Of a DNA stretch of 64,000 nt, positions 1 to 9,337 are shown in pieces; position 1 is the stretch's first letter, and the number at the start of each line of letters is the position of its first letter. The notes under the pieces were generated by a model. It was not told the origin of the DNA, did no database searches, and saw nothing but the letters and a program-made list of their open reading frames with translations. Both the position numbers and the translations under genes were made by a program. Origin of the DNA: an uncultured Erythrobacter sp. (GTDB lineage: Bacteria; Pseudomonadota; Alphaproteobacteria; Sphingomonadales; Sphingomonadaceae); NCBI RefSeq assembly GCF_947497915.1, contig NZ_CANMIJ010000001.1:925611-989610 (forward strand), read 5' to 3'.

Positions 1-604
1 TAATCGCAGGATCGCGTGTCTCCGCCCATTTTCTGGCCGTGTGACTGAACGGCGCGTCCCAGCTCCACGCATCCGTGCCGACGACTTCGACACCGTGCTC
101 GGTCAACCAAAGCGTCGCTTCCGCGCCCAATCCGACACCCTGATCGGTGAAGTTTTCAGTGCCATAGATCGCGCCCGATTGGATCAGGACAATGTCGAGT
201 GGCTGAAGTTCGTATCCGATGGCCGCAAACGCCGCTTCAAGCTGCGCGGCTGTGACAACATGGCCATGCGGCAGGTGTGAGAAATCCAGCTTAACGCCGG
301 GGCGGAAGAACCGATCGAGTGGTGCCTCGTCGATGCTGGGCGCAGGGGTTGCTCCGTCATCGGTGGTCGAATGATAGTGCCACGGCGCGTCCATATGGGT
401 GCCATTGTGGGTCGATAGCTCCAGCATCTCGACGGCCCAGCCTTCGCCATCCGGCAAGTCGTCCTTTTCCAGCCCGGGAAAGAACATTGCGATCTGCTCC
501 CACGTATTCTCATGGGTCATATACTGGATTCTGGGGCGCATCACCTCGGGATCGGAAATCACATCATTGGTGATCGGGATCGAGAGATCGACAAAGCGGG
601 TCAT
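1..604 (-). CDS. Cyclase family protein (kynurenine formamidase-like metal-dependent hydrolase), 3'-truncated by window edge
   Basis: Not in ORF track. Manual minus-strand translation from ATG at 604: MTRFVDLSIPITNDV...STHNGTHMDAPWHY...VGTDAWSWD, open to base 1. Contains the cyclase HxGTHxDxPxH motif. Start overlaps the aroB stop (ATGA). Confidence 0.88.
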   Translation of the reverse strand, partial: MTRFVDLSIPITNDVISDPEVMRPRIQYMTHENTWEQIAMFFPGLEKDDLPDGEGWAVEMLELSTHNGTHMDAPWHYHSTTDDGATPAPSIDEAPLDRFFRPGVKLDFSHLPHGHVVTAAQLEAAFAAIGYELQPLDIVLIQSGAIYGTENFTDQGVGLGAEATLWLTEHGVEVVGTDAWSWDAPFSHTARKWAETRDPAI

Positions 605-1740
605 TGCGCGGCCATCTGCTCGTCAAGAAATGCCGCGATATCGGCCAGTTCAACATCGCGGGCGAGATAGGCCTCGCCGATCTGTTTGAGCAGAAGGAAA
701 GGCAGGGTGCCGCCCTCCATTTTCTTGTCATGCCGCATATGATCGGCAAGGTTTGAACCGCTGCAATCCATGCCAAGCTTTGCAATATCCGCTGGCAATC
801 CGGCATCGCTGATGGCCTTGGCTGCGCGATCCGCGTCGACTTTTGGCAATTCGCCGCGCCGCGCAGAATATTGCGCGGCAAGGACCATCCCCGTTGCCAC
901 AGCTTCACCATGGAGCAGCCGGACAGAAAAGCCTGTTTCTGCTTCCAGCGCATGGCCGAATGTATGGCCTAGATTCAGTAAGGCGCGAACGCCCGTCGTC
1001 TCGCGCTCATCCTCTGCAACGATCCGAGCTTTTGCCCGAATGCTAGTTGCGATTGCGTGGGTAAGCGCCTCTGGCTCACGGGCGAGGACAGCTGTCCCAT
1101 ATTCTTCGAGCCAGTCGAAAAATTCCGCATCGCCGAGCAACCCGTATTTGATCACTTCGGCATAGCCCGCGCGCATCTCGCGATCGGGCAAGCTGTCCAG
1201 TACAAGCGGGTCGATCAGCACGGAGGCGGGCTGATGAAATGCTCCGATCAGGTTCTTACCAGCACGTGTGTTGATCGCGGTCTTCCCGCCAACAGAGCTA
1301 TCAACCTGCGCGAGCAGGCTCGTCGGAATTTGCACAAATTCACAGCCACGTTTCAGCACAGCGCAGGCAAATCCCGTAAGGTCCCCGACAACGCCTCCGC
1401 CCAGTGCGAAGACATGATCCGAGCGTGTGATGCCAAGCGCAAGCAGCCAATCGGTCAGTTTCTCAAGCACGCTCCAGCTTTTGGCGGCTTCACCCGGTTC
1501 AACCACAAACCAGTCCGCTGCGAGGCCTTCTGCCAAGAGGCTTTGTTCAATCGATTCCTGAAAAATGCGGTGTGTGTTGGTGTCAGCGACAAAGGGAATT
1601 TTGCGCCCGTCGGATTTCTCACTGGTGCGATAGCTGGCGAAATATGGCTTTGCATGATCCGCAAAATTTTCGAGCACGCATCCGCGCTCAATCGTCACAT
1701 TGTAACTGCGTCCGGCCAGAGAGACTGGGATCACATCCAT
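601..1740 (-). CDS. aroB: 3-dehydroquinate synthase
   Basis: GGGVVGDLTGF, QIPTSLLAQVDSSVGGKTAIN, GKNLIGAFHQP and LNLGHTFGHALE motifs. Confidence 0.97.
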   Translation of the reverse strand: MDVIPVSLAGRSYNVTIERGCVLENFADHAKPYFASYRTSEKSDGRKIPFVADTNTHRIFQESIEQSLLAEGLAADWFVVEPGEAAKSWSVLEKLTDWLLALGITRSDHVFALGGGVVGDLTGFACAVLKRGCEFVQIPTSLLAQVDSSVGGKTAINTRAGKNLIGAFHQPASVLIDPLVLDSLPDREMRAGYAEVIKYGLLGDAEFFDWLEEYGTAVLAREPEALTHAIATSIRAKARIVAEDERETTGVRALLNLGHTFGHALEAETGFSVRLLHGEAVATGMVLAAQYSARRGELPKVDADRAAKAISDAGLPADIAKLGMDCSGSNLADHMRHDKKMEGGTLPFLLLKQIGEAYLARDVELADIAAFLDEQMAAQ

Positions 1741-2297
1741 TGGTCAATCGCCTCTATTATAGCTTTCGCAGTGTCACTGTGCGGGCTGTCTACACTTAGG
1801 ACGCGAACCTGCGCCTGAGAATAAAACTCGCGGCGTTCGTTTAGCAATTTGCCAAGGATTTCGCGCGGGTTGCCGTTGCGCAGAAGCGGGCGATGGTTGC
1901 GCCGCGATGTCCGCTCCACCAGCGTGTCGAGGTCACAATCAATCCATACGGCAATGGCTTGATCAAGGATAAGAGCGCGCGTTTCTGCATCGACAAAGGC
2001 GCCGCCGCCGGTTGCGATCACGCCGCTATTCTCCTCCATCAGCCGTGCGATCACACGCCGCTCTCCATCGCGGAAATACGCCTCGCCAAACTCTTCGAAA
2101 ATTTCGGAGACTTTGCGCTGCGCCGCCTCTTCGATTGCATCGTCAGCATCGACAAAACCGCGCCCCAGCAATCCGGCGAGCCTCCGCCCGACGGTCGATT
2201 TACCCGCGCCCATCAGGCCAACAAGCACAACCGGACGATCAATCCGGGCGGCGATCTGGCCAATATCCTTGCCGTTTAAAGAGGTCGATGCAGTCAT
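1731..2297 (-). CDS. aroK: Shikimate kinase
   Basis: Walker A GLMGAGKSTVG, GEAYFRDGE, ATGGGAF and RPLL motifs. Start taken at ATG 2297 (MTASTS). Upstream of aroB. Confidence 0.95.
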   Translation of the reverse strand: MTASTSLNGKDIGQIAARIDRPVVLVGLMGAGKSTVGRRLAGLLGRGFVDADDAIEEAAQRKVSEIFEEFGEAYFRDGERRVIARLMEENSGVIATGGGAFVDAETRALILDQAIAVWIDCDLDTLVERTSRRNHRPLLRNGNPREILGKLLNERREFYSQAQVRVLSVDSPHSDTAKAIIEAIDQWM

Positions 2298-2353
2298 TGC
2301 GGCATGGCCTATAGATGGGGTAGAGCGCGCGCAATATGGGAAACAGGACGCAT

Positions 2354-2542
2354 ATGCCTCTTGCACAGAAGAAACCCATGAAATCGGGTGGCCGCCAGCG
2401 GATTTGGCTGCTTGCTGCCGCAATTGTGGTTGGCATATTGGTGCTGGCCTATATTGATGGCGGTGAAGAGCCGATCCGGCCTATGGTTCAAACGGTGACA
2501 TTGCCGGGCGAACCTGGCACCGCGGCGACAGGGAGCGAGTGA
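2354..2542 (+). CDS. Small single-pass membrane protein of unknown function
   Basis: Basic N-terminus, hydrophobic IWLLAAAIVVGILVLAYI, then DGGEEPIRP. Stop overlaps the next start (GTGATG). Start could be 2354 or 2378. Confidence 0.7.
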   Translation: MPLAQKKPMKSGGRQRIWLLAAAIVVGILVLAYIDGGEEPIRPMVQTVTLPGEPGTAATGSE

Positions 2543-4425
2543 TGCAGCGGAATACATGGCTGGCAAGCGCAGCAGTGCTGGGCATCATCGGTGCTACCGG
2601 CGGCATGCTTGCTGGGGGTTTTGCGAACGCACAAGACGCACCGGAATCGCTCTTGCCACCGGGCTTTGACGATCCTGCGCCCGCGCCGACGCCAACTGCC
2701 GCCCCAGCAGCTTTGCCGACAGCGGCGCCTGCCACGGCCCCGACGGGCGCGCCGCCTGCCAATCCAGGTGTGCCGACGGCGCCTGTACCGGGCGTTCTGC
2801 CGCCTGTGCCAACTTTGTCGGGCGAAGACCTGCAGGGACTGCCTACGCTGGAGGAGCTTGAAGAGCTTACCCCGGATGAACTGGATGACCGGCTTGGCCT
2901 GAAACCCAAATTCGATATTCCGCCCGCTGCGCGCCGTTCGCTTGCGCAAGTGGGTGTGCTTTCGCCGGAAGAAGGTGGCTTGCCGACAGGCTCACTGGGT
3001 AAGCAACCGGAAAACCTCGTGCGGGCTGTATTGGCGGGCACCCAAAAACCGATGGTTTCGCGCTGGGGTCACATTCTGGTGCGCCGTGCCTTGGCAAGCC
3101 GTTTGGCTGCGCCTGAAGGCATGAGTCCTGTTGAATTTGCAGCACTGCGCGCCGGCGTCCTCAACCGGATGGGCGAATTTACGGTTGCACGGGCAATCGT
3201 TCAGGATGTCGATACGGGCAACTGGAGCAAAGCGCTCACCAGTCAGGCTTTGACTGCATATGTCGGCGCGAATGATATCAGCGGTGCGTGTCCGGCGGTG
3301 CGTCTTCAAGGGTCAGAACGCGACGATCCGCAATGGGTGATGATGCAGGCTATCTGTAATGCCTATGCGGGCGAGGGCGCTCTTGCCGCATCACAGTTGG
3401 ATCGCGGAATTGAAAACGGGATTGCACCGGAAATCGATCTGCTTTTGGCTCAGCGTTATGCGGGCGCTGCGGGACGCGGTCGGCGCGCGGTGGAAATCGA
3501 GTGGGACAGTGTGGAAGACATCAATCCGTGGCGATTTGCCCTTGCCAACGCGGTGGGTGAGACGGTGCCGCAGGCGCTGTTGAACGATGTGATGGATGGC
3601 CCCTATGCTGCGTATTATGCGCAGTCGGCCTCCACTGCTCCGATGTTGTCACTGGCCAGCCGGGAGCCATGGGTTCAACAGGCAGCAAGCGGCGGCATTT
3701 TCTCCGCGCGCGCGATGGTCGATTTCTACAGTCAGGTTTACGCCGACAATGCGATTGGCGGGGATGCAGGCGATAAAGCGGCTGCTTTGCGGCAGGCTTA
3801 TGTAGGTGCGAATGCGCAAGAGCGGATCAATTCTATGCAGCAGATTTGGGGTGAAGGCGGCGATTATGCTGGCTTCGTCACCACAGCCTTCGCCGCAGCG
3901 CGCATCGCGCCTTCGGAAGACTTTGCAGGCTATTCGGGTGATTTGATCACGTCGATGCTTTCCGCCGGGCTTGACCGGGATGCCGCCGCATGGCGCGGTA
4001 TGATCGCGGAGGGCAGTCTGGGCTGGGCATTGATCGCGGTGGGTACAGCCGGCGATAGCAGAGCGAGCGCAGACGCGCTTGAAACCTTCACTGGCAATGA
4101 TGACAGCACGGATCAGCGCGCCTCTGGATTCCTGGTTGCGGGACTGGCCGGTCTTGATCGCCTGAGCGCAGCCGATCTTGAGGCGATGCAAGGCGAGCTT
4201 GATATCGATTTGAGCCGCGCAACGCGCTGGACGCAGATGATTGGTAAAGCCGCCGATGCCGATAACCGCACTCTTGTGACGTTGCTTGCGGGGCTGGGGA
4301 TGCAAGGGACAGATTGGTCGCAAATGACCCCGCTGCACCTCTATCACATCACCTCTGCGCTTCGCCGCGTTGGGTTGGAGGCGGAAGCACGGATGATTGC
4401 AGCAGAAGCGGTCGCGCGGGCCTGA
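2539..4425 (+). CDS. Exported, largely alpha-helical protein of unknown function with Pro/Ala-rich N-terminal linker
   Basis: 628-aa ORF with signal-peptide-like N-terminus (...GFANA|QD) and PAPAPTPTAAPAA linker; sits between aroK and xerD. Confidence 0.8.
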   Translation: MMQRNTWLASAAVLGIIGATGGMLAGGFANAQDAPESLLPPGFDDPAPAPTPTAAPAALPTAAPATAPTGAPPANPGVPTAPVPGVLPPVPTLSGEDLQGLPTLEELEELTPDELDDRLGLKPKFDIPPAARRSLAQVGVLSPEEGGLPTGSLGKQPENLVRAVLAGTQKPMVSRWGHILVRRALASRLAAPEGMSPVEFAALRAGVLNRMGEFTVARAIVQDVDTGNWSKALTSQALTAYVGANDISGACPAVRLQGSERDDPQWVMMQAICNAYAGEGALAASQLDRGIENGIAPEIDLLLAQRYAGAAGRGRRAVEIEWDSVEDINPWRFALANAVGETVPQALLNDVMDGPYAAYYAQSASTAPMLSLASREPWVQQAASGGIFSARAMVDFYSQVYADNAIGGDAGDKAAALRQAYVGANAQERINSMQQIWGEGGDYAGFVTTAFAAARIAPSEDFAGYSGDLITSMLSAGLDRDAAAWRGMIAEGSLGWALIAVGTAGDSRASADALETFTGNDDSTDQRASGFLVAGLAGLDRLSAADLEAMQGELDIDLSRATRWTQMIGKAADADNRTLVTLLAGLGMQGTDWSQMTPLHLYHITSALRRVGLEAEARMIAAEAVARA

Positions 4426-4432
4426 CGCAAAC

Positions 4433-5308
4433 GTGTCGGCAGCTGTCCAAGCCTTCCTTGAGATGCTCGCGGCAGAGCGCGGCGCAGCGCCGAACACGCT
4501 TTCTGCCTATTCCCGCGATCTGGCAGGCGCAGAGGAATGCGTTGGCGATTTGGCCAGCGCCTCGCGCGCAAAAGTTGGCACATTGGCCGGGGAATGGAGC
4601 TCGCTTGCTCCGTCAACAGTCGCGCGTAAATCATCGGCATTGCGGCAGTTTTTCGGCTTTGCTGTTGATGAGGGATGGCGCGATGACGATCCTTCGGGCG
4701 CGTTGCCCAATCCGCGCAGCAGTCGTCCGCTTCCTAAAGTGCTCTCTCACGATCAGGTCGAGGCGTTGATGTCCCGTGCGGAAATGGAAGCGGAAAGCGG
4801 AAAGCTGACTAGCGTCCGTCAGCTTGCATTGCTGGAAATGCTGTACGGATCAGGATTGCGTGCGACAGAGCTTGTCTCACTCCCGCTAAGCGCCGTTCCG
4901 CGCGATGCTCCGCTGATTACGGTAACGGGCAAGGGCGGGGTCGCCCGCATGGTGCCTGTTAGTGAAAGAGCGCGGGAAGCGTTGCAGGAATGGTTGAAAA
5001 TCCGTCCGCAAGACCCGGCTTCGCGTTTCCTGTTTCCCTCGCGCGGGGGAAAGCATCTTAGCCGCGTGCGGCTTTACCAGATGCTCAAAGAACTCGCCGC
5101 TCGCGCTGACCTTGATCCCACTGGCATCAGCCCGCACGTTTTGCGCCACGCTTTTGCAACACATTTGCTCGAAGGCGGGGCGGACTTGCGGGTTTTGCAA
5201 ACGCTGCTGGGCCATGCCGATATCGCCACGACGCAGATATACACGCATGTCGATGCTGCGCGTCTAGTTGACCTTGTGAATGCGCGCCATCCACTGGCGA
5301 GCCGTTAA
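4433..5308 (+). CDS. xerD: Site-specific tyrosine recombinase XerD
   Basis: FLEMLAAERGAAPNTLSAY N-terminus. Catalytic R (GSGLRATEL), K (TGKGG), HVLRH, LLGH and TQIY present. GTG start at 4433. The xerD-accA synteny is typical of alphaproteobacteria. Confidence 0.9.
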   Translation: MSAAVQAFLEMLAAERGAAPNTLSAYSRDLAGAEECVGDLASASRAKVGTLAGEWSSLAPSTVARKSSALRQFFGFAVDEGWRDDDPSGALPNPRSSRPLPKVLSHDQVEALMSRAEMEAESGKLTSVRQLALLEMLYGSGLRATELVSLPLSAVPRDAPLITVTGKGGVARMVPVSERAREALQEWLKIRPQDPASRFLFPSRGGKHLSRVRLYQMLKELAARADLDPTGISPHVLRHAFATHLLEGGADLRVLQTLLGHADIATTQIYTHVDAARLVDLVNARHPLASR

Positions 5309-5371
5309 TCACGCAACATTCAAACACCATTCCCCTTGCTACGCGCGCACTATGAGATTAGCGGAATAGCC

Positions 5372-6316
5372 ATGACTTCTTATCTCGATTTCGAGAAACC
5401 CGTCGCTCAACTCGAAGAGCGCATCGCCGAACTGCGTAGCGCCAGCGAGAGTGATGAGGTTGATATTTCCAGTGAGATCGCGCGGCTCGAAACTAAGAGC
5501 GCCGATCTTCTTGCCAGCACCTATGCCTCGCTAACGCCGTGGCAGAAAACGCAGGTTGCCCGCCATCCGGAGCGTCCGCATTTCCGCGATTATGTAGAGC
5601 ATGCGTTCGAGGAATTTCTGCCGCTGGGCGGAGACCGGTATTTCGGTGATGACCTCGCGATTATGGGCGGCTTTGCAAAGCTGAATGGTCGGCGCGTGAT
5701 GTTGATTGGCCATGAAAAAGGCAACGACACTCAAAGCCGGATCAAGCACAATTTTGGGATGGGTAAGCCAGAGGGATATCGCAAAGCGATCCGCCTGATG
5801 GAAATGGCGGGGCGTTTCGGCCTTCCAGTGGTGACTTTGGTCGATACGTCTGGTGCGTTCCCTGGTATCGAAGCCGAGGAGCGCGGTCAGGCGGAGGCGA
5901 TTGCCCGCTCGACAGAGGCATGCCTCGCGCTGCCGGTGCCGATGGTTTCTGTCATCGTCGGTGAAGGTGGATCGGGCGGTGCGGTGGCGTTGGCCAGCGC
6001 AGAACGCGTCCTGATGCTCGAACATTCGATCTATTCGGTGATTTCGCCCGAAGGCTGCGCCTCGATTCTTTGGCGCACATCGGAAAAAGCGTCGGAGGCC
6101 GCACAGGCCATGAAGGTGACGGCGCAGCATCTCAAGCGGCTGAAAGTGATCGACCGGATTGTTAAAGAACCCTCCGGCGGTGCGCACCGCGATCCGACGG
6201 CGATGGCAGCCAATCTTGGCAAAGCTCTGAGCGAGGAAATCGACGCGCTTGCTGACTTGCCGAGTGAAACATTGATCCGCTCACGCGAGGAACGGTTTCT
6301 CCAACTCGGCGGCTAA
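5372..6316 (+). CDS. accA: Acetyl-CoA carboxylase carboxyltransferase subunit alpha
   Basis: [10 protein letters not shown] start, [29 protein letters not shown] and [14 protein letters not shown] motifs. Confidence 0.97.
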   Translation: MTSYLDFEKPVAQLEERIAELRSASESDEVDISSEIARLETKSADLLASTYASLTPWQKTQVARHPERPHFRDYVEHAFEEFLPLGGDRYFGDDLAIMGGFAKLNGRRVMLIGHEKGNDTQSRIKHNFGMGKPEGYRKAIRLMEMAGRFGLPVVTLVDTSGAFPGIEAEERGQAEAIARSTEACLALPVPMVSVIVGEGGSGGAVALASAERVLMLEHSIYSVISPEGCASILWRTSEKASEAAQAMKVTAQHLKRLKVIDRIVKEPSGGAHRDPTAMAANLGKALSEEIDALADLPSETLIRSREERFLQLGG

Positions 6317-6452
6317 CACGCTGCCAAATTTTACAGTTTGTCATTTGGGTCAAAGGGTTGCCGATAGGCTTCGCTTGCCCGATAGTCATAGCATAAACAC
6401 GGCGGGATAGGCGCGGGGTGGAACGCGGCGCCTGCTTGCAAGGAGAGAGCAA

Positions 6453-7934
6453 ATGCCGAAATTATCACGCAAATTCCTGATCGCGGGCACCGCTCCGCTG
6501 GCTCTGGCGCTTAGCGGATGTATGGGGGGAGGCGGAGCAGTTCCGTCGGCATCAACACCGATTACGCAGCAAGAGGCGCAGCAAGGCGCGAAATATCACC
6601 CGCAGTTCTTGCAGGAATTCGGCGGCGCGATGACTGGGCCTCAGGCGGCCTATGTCGAGCAGATTGGTAAGAATATCGCGGTGCAATCGGGCCTCGGCAA
6701 TGCGCGCGATAGCTTCACGGTAAGCTTGCTCAACAGCCCGGTGAACAACGCTTTCGCGATTCCCGGCGGCTATATCTATTCCACACGTCAGCTCGTTTCG
6801 TTGATGAATAACGAAGCCGAGCTTGCAGGCGTCTTGGGACATGAAGTCGGTCACGTCGCCGCGCGCCATTCCCAGCGCCGGCAACAGGCCGCGCAGCGCA
6901 ATTCGCTGCTTGGCGGTCTTGGAGCGATTTTGTCGGGTGTTGTGCTTGGTGATTCCGGTATCGGTCAAACCCTCTCACGCGGATTTTTGCAGGGATCACA
7001 GCTGCTTACACTGCGGTTCTCGCGCAAACAGGAATTGGAGGCTGATGATCTCGGGATCCTTTATCTCCAACGTGCGGGCTACGATCCGAAGGCCATGAGC
7101 ACAGTTTTGGCAAGCCTTGCTGCGCAAAATTCGCTCGACGCACGGCTTCAGGGACGGGGTAATGCGACCGCACCGGAATGGGCGTCAACACACCCTGATC
7201 CGGCAAGCCGTGTCCGCACCGCTCTTGCGAAAACAGAAGGTCTCGCCAGCGGTGTGACCAATCGTGACACGTTCCTCTCCCGAATTGACGGAATGGTTTA
7301 CGGCGATGATCCAAAGCAAGGGGTGATCGAAGGCAGTCAGTTCATTCATCCCGAATTGATGCTGTCATTCACCGCGCCGCAGGGTTTTTACATGGTCAAT
7401 AGCACCAGGGCGGTGAGCGTGAACGGCCAAAGCGGAAAGGGACAGCTGACGGTTGCGCCGTACAACGGCGATCTCGACAGCTATATTCGTCAGCAATTCT
7501 CGAAATTGGGCGGCGAAAAGAACAATCTTGCGCCGTCCAACATTCAGAGAACCACTGTTAACGGGATTCGCGCGGCCTATGGCACCGCGCGGGTTAACAA
7601 TGGCAGCAGTCAGGTTGATGTGGTGGTCTTTGCCTATGAGTTTTCGAACAATCAGGCTTATCATTTCCAAACAATTACGCCTGCCGGACGGTCAAATCCG
7701 TTTACATCGATGTTCCAATCAATGCGGCGCATCTCTCAGCGGGAAGCCAGCGCTGTGATTCCGCGGCGAGTCGATGTGGTAACGGTGCAGCGCGGTGACA
7801 CCGTCAGCTCGCTCGCGCGCCGGATGGCATATGATTCGGGGCAGGTTGATCGCTTCCGCGTGCTCAACGCGATGGGATCCAGCGACACTTTGCGCGCAGG
7901 CCAGAAAGTTAAACTGGTCGTTCGCGGGCGCTGA
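6453..7934 (+). CDS. M48 family zinc metalloprotease lipoprotein with C-terminal LysM domain
   Basis: Lipobox ALSGC, NAFAIPGG, HEVGH zinc motif, FSRKQELEAD, STHP, and C-terminal VTVQRGDTVSSLA...LRAGQKVKLV (LysM). Confidence 0.9.
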   Translation: MPKLSRKFLIAGTAPLALALSGCMGGGGAVPSASTPITQQEAQQGAKYHPQFLQEFGGAMTGPQAAYVEQIGKNIAVQSGLGNARDSFTVSLLNSPVNNAFAIPGGYIYSTRQLVSLMNNEAELAGVLGHEVGHVAARHSQRRQQAAQRNSLLGGLGAILSGVVLGDSGIGQTLSRGFLQGSQLLTLRFSRKQELEADDLGILYLQRAGYDPKAMSTVLASLAAQNSLDARLQGRGNATAPEWASTHPDPASRVRTALAKTEGLASGVTNRDTFLSRIDGMVYGDDPKQGVIEGSQFIHPELMLSFTAPQGFYMVNSTRAVSVNGQSGKGQLTVAPYNGDLDSYIRQQFSKLGGEKNNLAPSNIQRTTVNGIRAAYGTARVNNGSSQVDVVVFAYEFSNNQAYHFQTITPAGRSNPFTSMFQSMRRISQREASAVIPRRVDVVTVQRGDTVSSLARRMAYDSGQVDRFRVLNAMGSSDTLRAGQKVKLVVRGR

Positions 7935-7985
7935 TCCGATAATCTTTCGAGAGTTTTGCGCGCGGCAAATTTACTGCGCGCAAAA

Positions 7986-8021
7986 GAAAAGCGGCGGGGA
8001 AATCCCCGCCGCTTCCTTTTT
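7986..8021. terminator. Bidirectional intrinsic terminator
   Basis: GAAAAGCGGCGGGGA-AA-TCCCCGCCGCTTCCTTTTT between the convergent M48 protease and pilin genes. Confidence 0.8.
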
Positions 8022-8037
8022 CCGTAAGTCGTTAGAC

Positions 8038-8202
8038 TTAGGCAGCCATTTCGGTCTGAACTTCCGAGAAAGTATCCGAAAGAGTCGAACCGAGGCTCTG
8101 CATTGCAGTGATTGCAGCAACAGCGATCAGAGCAGCGATAAGGCCGTACTCAATTGCAGTTGCGCCTTGTTCGTCACGTGCGAGTTTGTTGAAAAATGTC
8201 AT
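8038..8202 (-). CDS. Flp/PilA type IVb (Tad) pilin, 54 aa
   Basis: Below the ORF-track cutoff. Manual translation MTFFNKLARDEQG|ATAIEYGLIAALIAVAAITAMQSLGSTLSDTFSEVQTEMAA gives the canonical Flp G|ATAIEYGLI motif. RBS AGGAG 7-8 nt upstream. Confidence 0.95.
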   Translation of the reverse strand: MTFFNKLARDEQGATAIEYGLIAALIAVAAITAMQSLGSTLSDTFSEVQTEMAA

Positions 8203-8330
8203 TAGTAGTCTCCTGGTTTGGTCTTAATTACCCGTTGTTCAAATCACATTTGCGATCCGGACAATTGAGGTTTTAGGCAGTAGCTCTTGAAAAATTCCTA
8301 ACTCGGAGCCTTTCGAAAAGCTTAATTTGG

Positions 8331-8513
8331 TCAACTGCTTGCCTCCTCAGCTGCCGTCTGAACTTCGCTCCACATATCAGTGGTCTCTTGGGCTACACCC
8401 TGGAGAGCGCTAATCATGGCGATGACGATCAGACTTACAATCAGGCCGTACTCAACGGCAGTCGCGCCCGATTGATCGGATGCAATACCTTTGAAAAATG
8501 TCGCTAACTTCAT
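8331..8513 (-). CDS. Second Flp family type IVb pilin, 60 aa
   Basis: DQSG|ATAVEYGLIVSLIVIAMI prepilin cleavage and Flp motif. Confidence 0.9.
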   Translation of the reverse strand: MKLATFFKGIASDQSGATAVEYGLIVSLIVIAMISALQGVAQETTDMWSEVQTAAEEASS

Positions 8514-8563
8514 GCTTCACCTTGCCATACGTCCCTGACGAGAACCGATATCGTGGCAAGGAC

Positions 8564-8578
8564 TTAAGAAAAGGTTGA
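8564..8578. promoter_or_regulatory. Candidate CtrA box (TTAA-N7-TTGA)
   Basis: TTAA GAAAAGG TTGA, one mismatch to TTAA-N7-TTAA, 51 nt upstream of the pilin start. Flp pilin genes are established CtrA targets in Caulobacter. Confidence 0.5.
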
Positions 8579-8609
8579 TGCGAGGCTCCAAAATGGAAAG
8601 AATCCCGAC

Positions 8610-9014
8610 ATGACAACAGTGTGGCTTCCCGTAGTTGCTGCCGCTCTTCAGAGGGCCGATGGCCTGTGGCTGATGCATCGCAGACCAAAGGGAAAGCATC
8701 ATGCCGGCCTTTGGGAATTCCCCGGTGGCAAGGTGGAACCATCGGAAATTCCAATAGAATCTTTGGTTCGCGAATTGCATGAAGAGCTTGGCATTATTGT
8801 CAGCCCTGAGAATTGTCTTCCCGCAGGCTTCGCGCAAAACGCCTCGAGCGAAGCCGGGATTCCAATTGTCATCCTTCTTTACAAAATCGAAGAATGGGAA
8901 GGGGAACCGGACGCATTGGAAGGCGGCGCAGTGGATTGGTTTACCCCGGAAGCCATCGCACAACTTGAAAAACCACCGCTGGATCGCGCTCTTGCCGCGA
9001 ACCTTTTCGGATAG
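8610..9014 (+). CDS. MutT-like NUDIX (d)NTP pyrophosphohydrolase
   Basis: WEFPGGKVEPSEIPIESLVRELHEELG Nudix box. Confidence 0.9.
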   Translation: MTTVWLPVVAAALQRADGLWLMHRRPKGKHHAGLWEFPGGKVEPSEIPIESLVRELHEELGIIVSPENCLPAGFAQNASSEAGIPIVILLYKIEEWEGEPDALEGGAVDWFTPEAIAQLEKPPLDRALAANLFG

Positions 9015-9049
9015 CGCGCAATAATCATGAATTTGCGCGCAATGAGAGG

Positions 9050-9078
9050 TTGCCAAGCGGTTCAACCCCCCGTATGTG
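9050..9078 (+). promoter_or_regulatory. Candidate sigma70 promoter of tRNA-Arg
   Basis: TTGCCA-N17-TATGTG ending 12 nt before the tRNA. Confidence 0.5.
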
Positions 9079-9090
9079 CCCACTTCTCGC

Positions 9091-9167
9091 GCGCCAGTAG
9101 CTCAGCTGGATAGAGTACCTGACTACGAATCAGGCGGCCGGAGGTTCGAATCCTTCCTGGCGCGCCA
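9091..9167 (+). tRNA. tRNA-Arg(ACG)
   Basis: Acceptor GCGCCAG/CTGGCGC, D arm GCTC/GAGT, anticodon arm CCTGA-CTACGAA-TCAGG, T loop GTTCGAATC, encoded CCA. Confidence 0.97.
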
Positions 9168-9168
9168 A

Positions 9169-9200
9169 AAAAGCCCATCCCCACCGGGGGTGGGCTTTTT
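9169..9200 (+). terminator. Intrinsic terminator after tRNA-Arg
   Basis: AAAAGCCCATCCCC-ACC-GGGGGTGGGCTTTTTT hairpin plus U tract. Confidence 0.8.
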
Positions 9201-9285
9201 TGTTGGGGTTTGCAGTCAGTAGCTCTGGGTTGCGGAATTCATCTGTATTTCAGGCGGTCGAGCAAGTGTCTCAGCGCAAAATTTC

Positions 9286-9310
9286 GGAACAACATCGCAA
9301 GTTGGCCATT
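9286..9310 (+). promoter_or_regulatory. Candidate EcfG (general stress response sigma) promoter
   Basis: GGAAC-N16-CATT 27 nt upstream of the hemerythrin ATG; the consensus is GGAAC-N16/17-CGTT. Confidence 0.55.
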
Positions 9311-9337
9311 GATTTTCAAAGATATCAGGAGCCAATT

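Noticed and set aside
41-280. Plus-strand 79-aa ORF and other short ORFs in 1-700
   Set aside because: They are shadows of the minus-strand cyclase gene, which carries a clear family motif.
4433-5308. Tyrosine recombinase as a possible mobile-element integrase or the missing integrase of the tRNA-Asn element
   Set aside because: It has a XerD-type N-terminus and core xerD-accA synteny, and lacks the N-terminal arm-binding domain of phage integrases.
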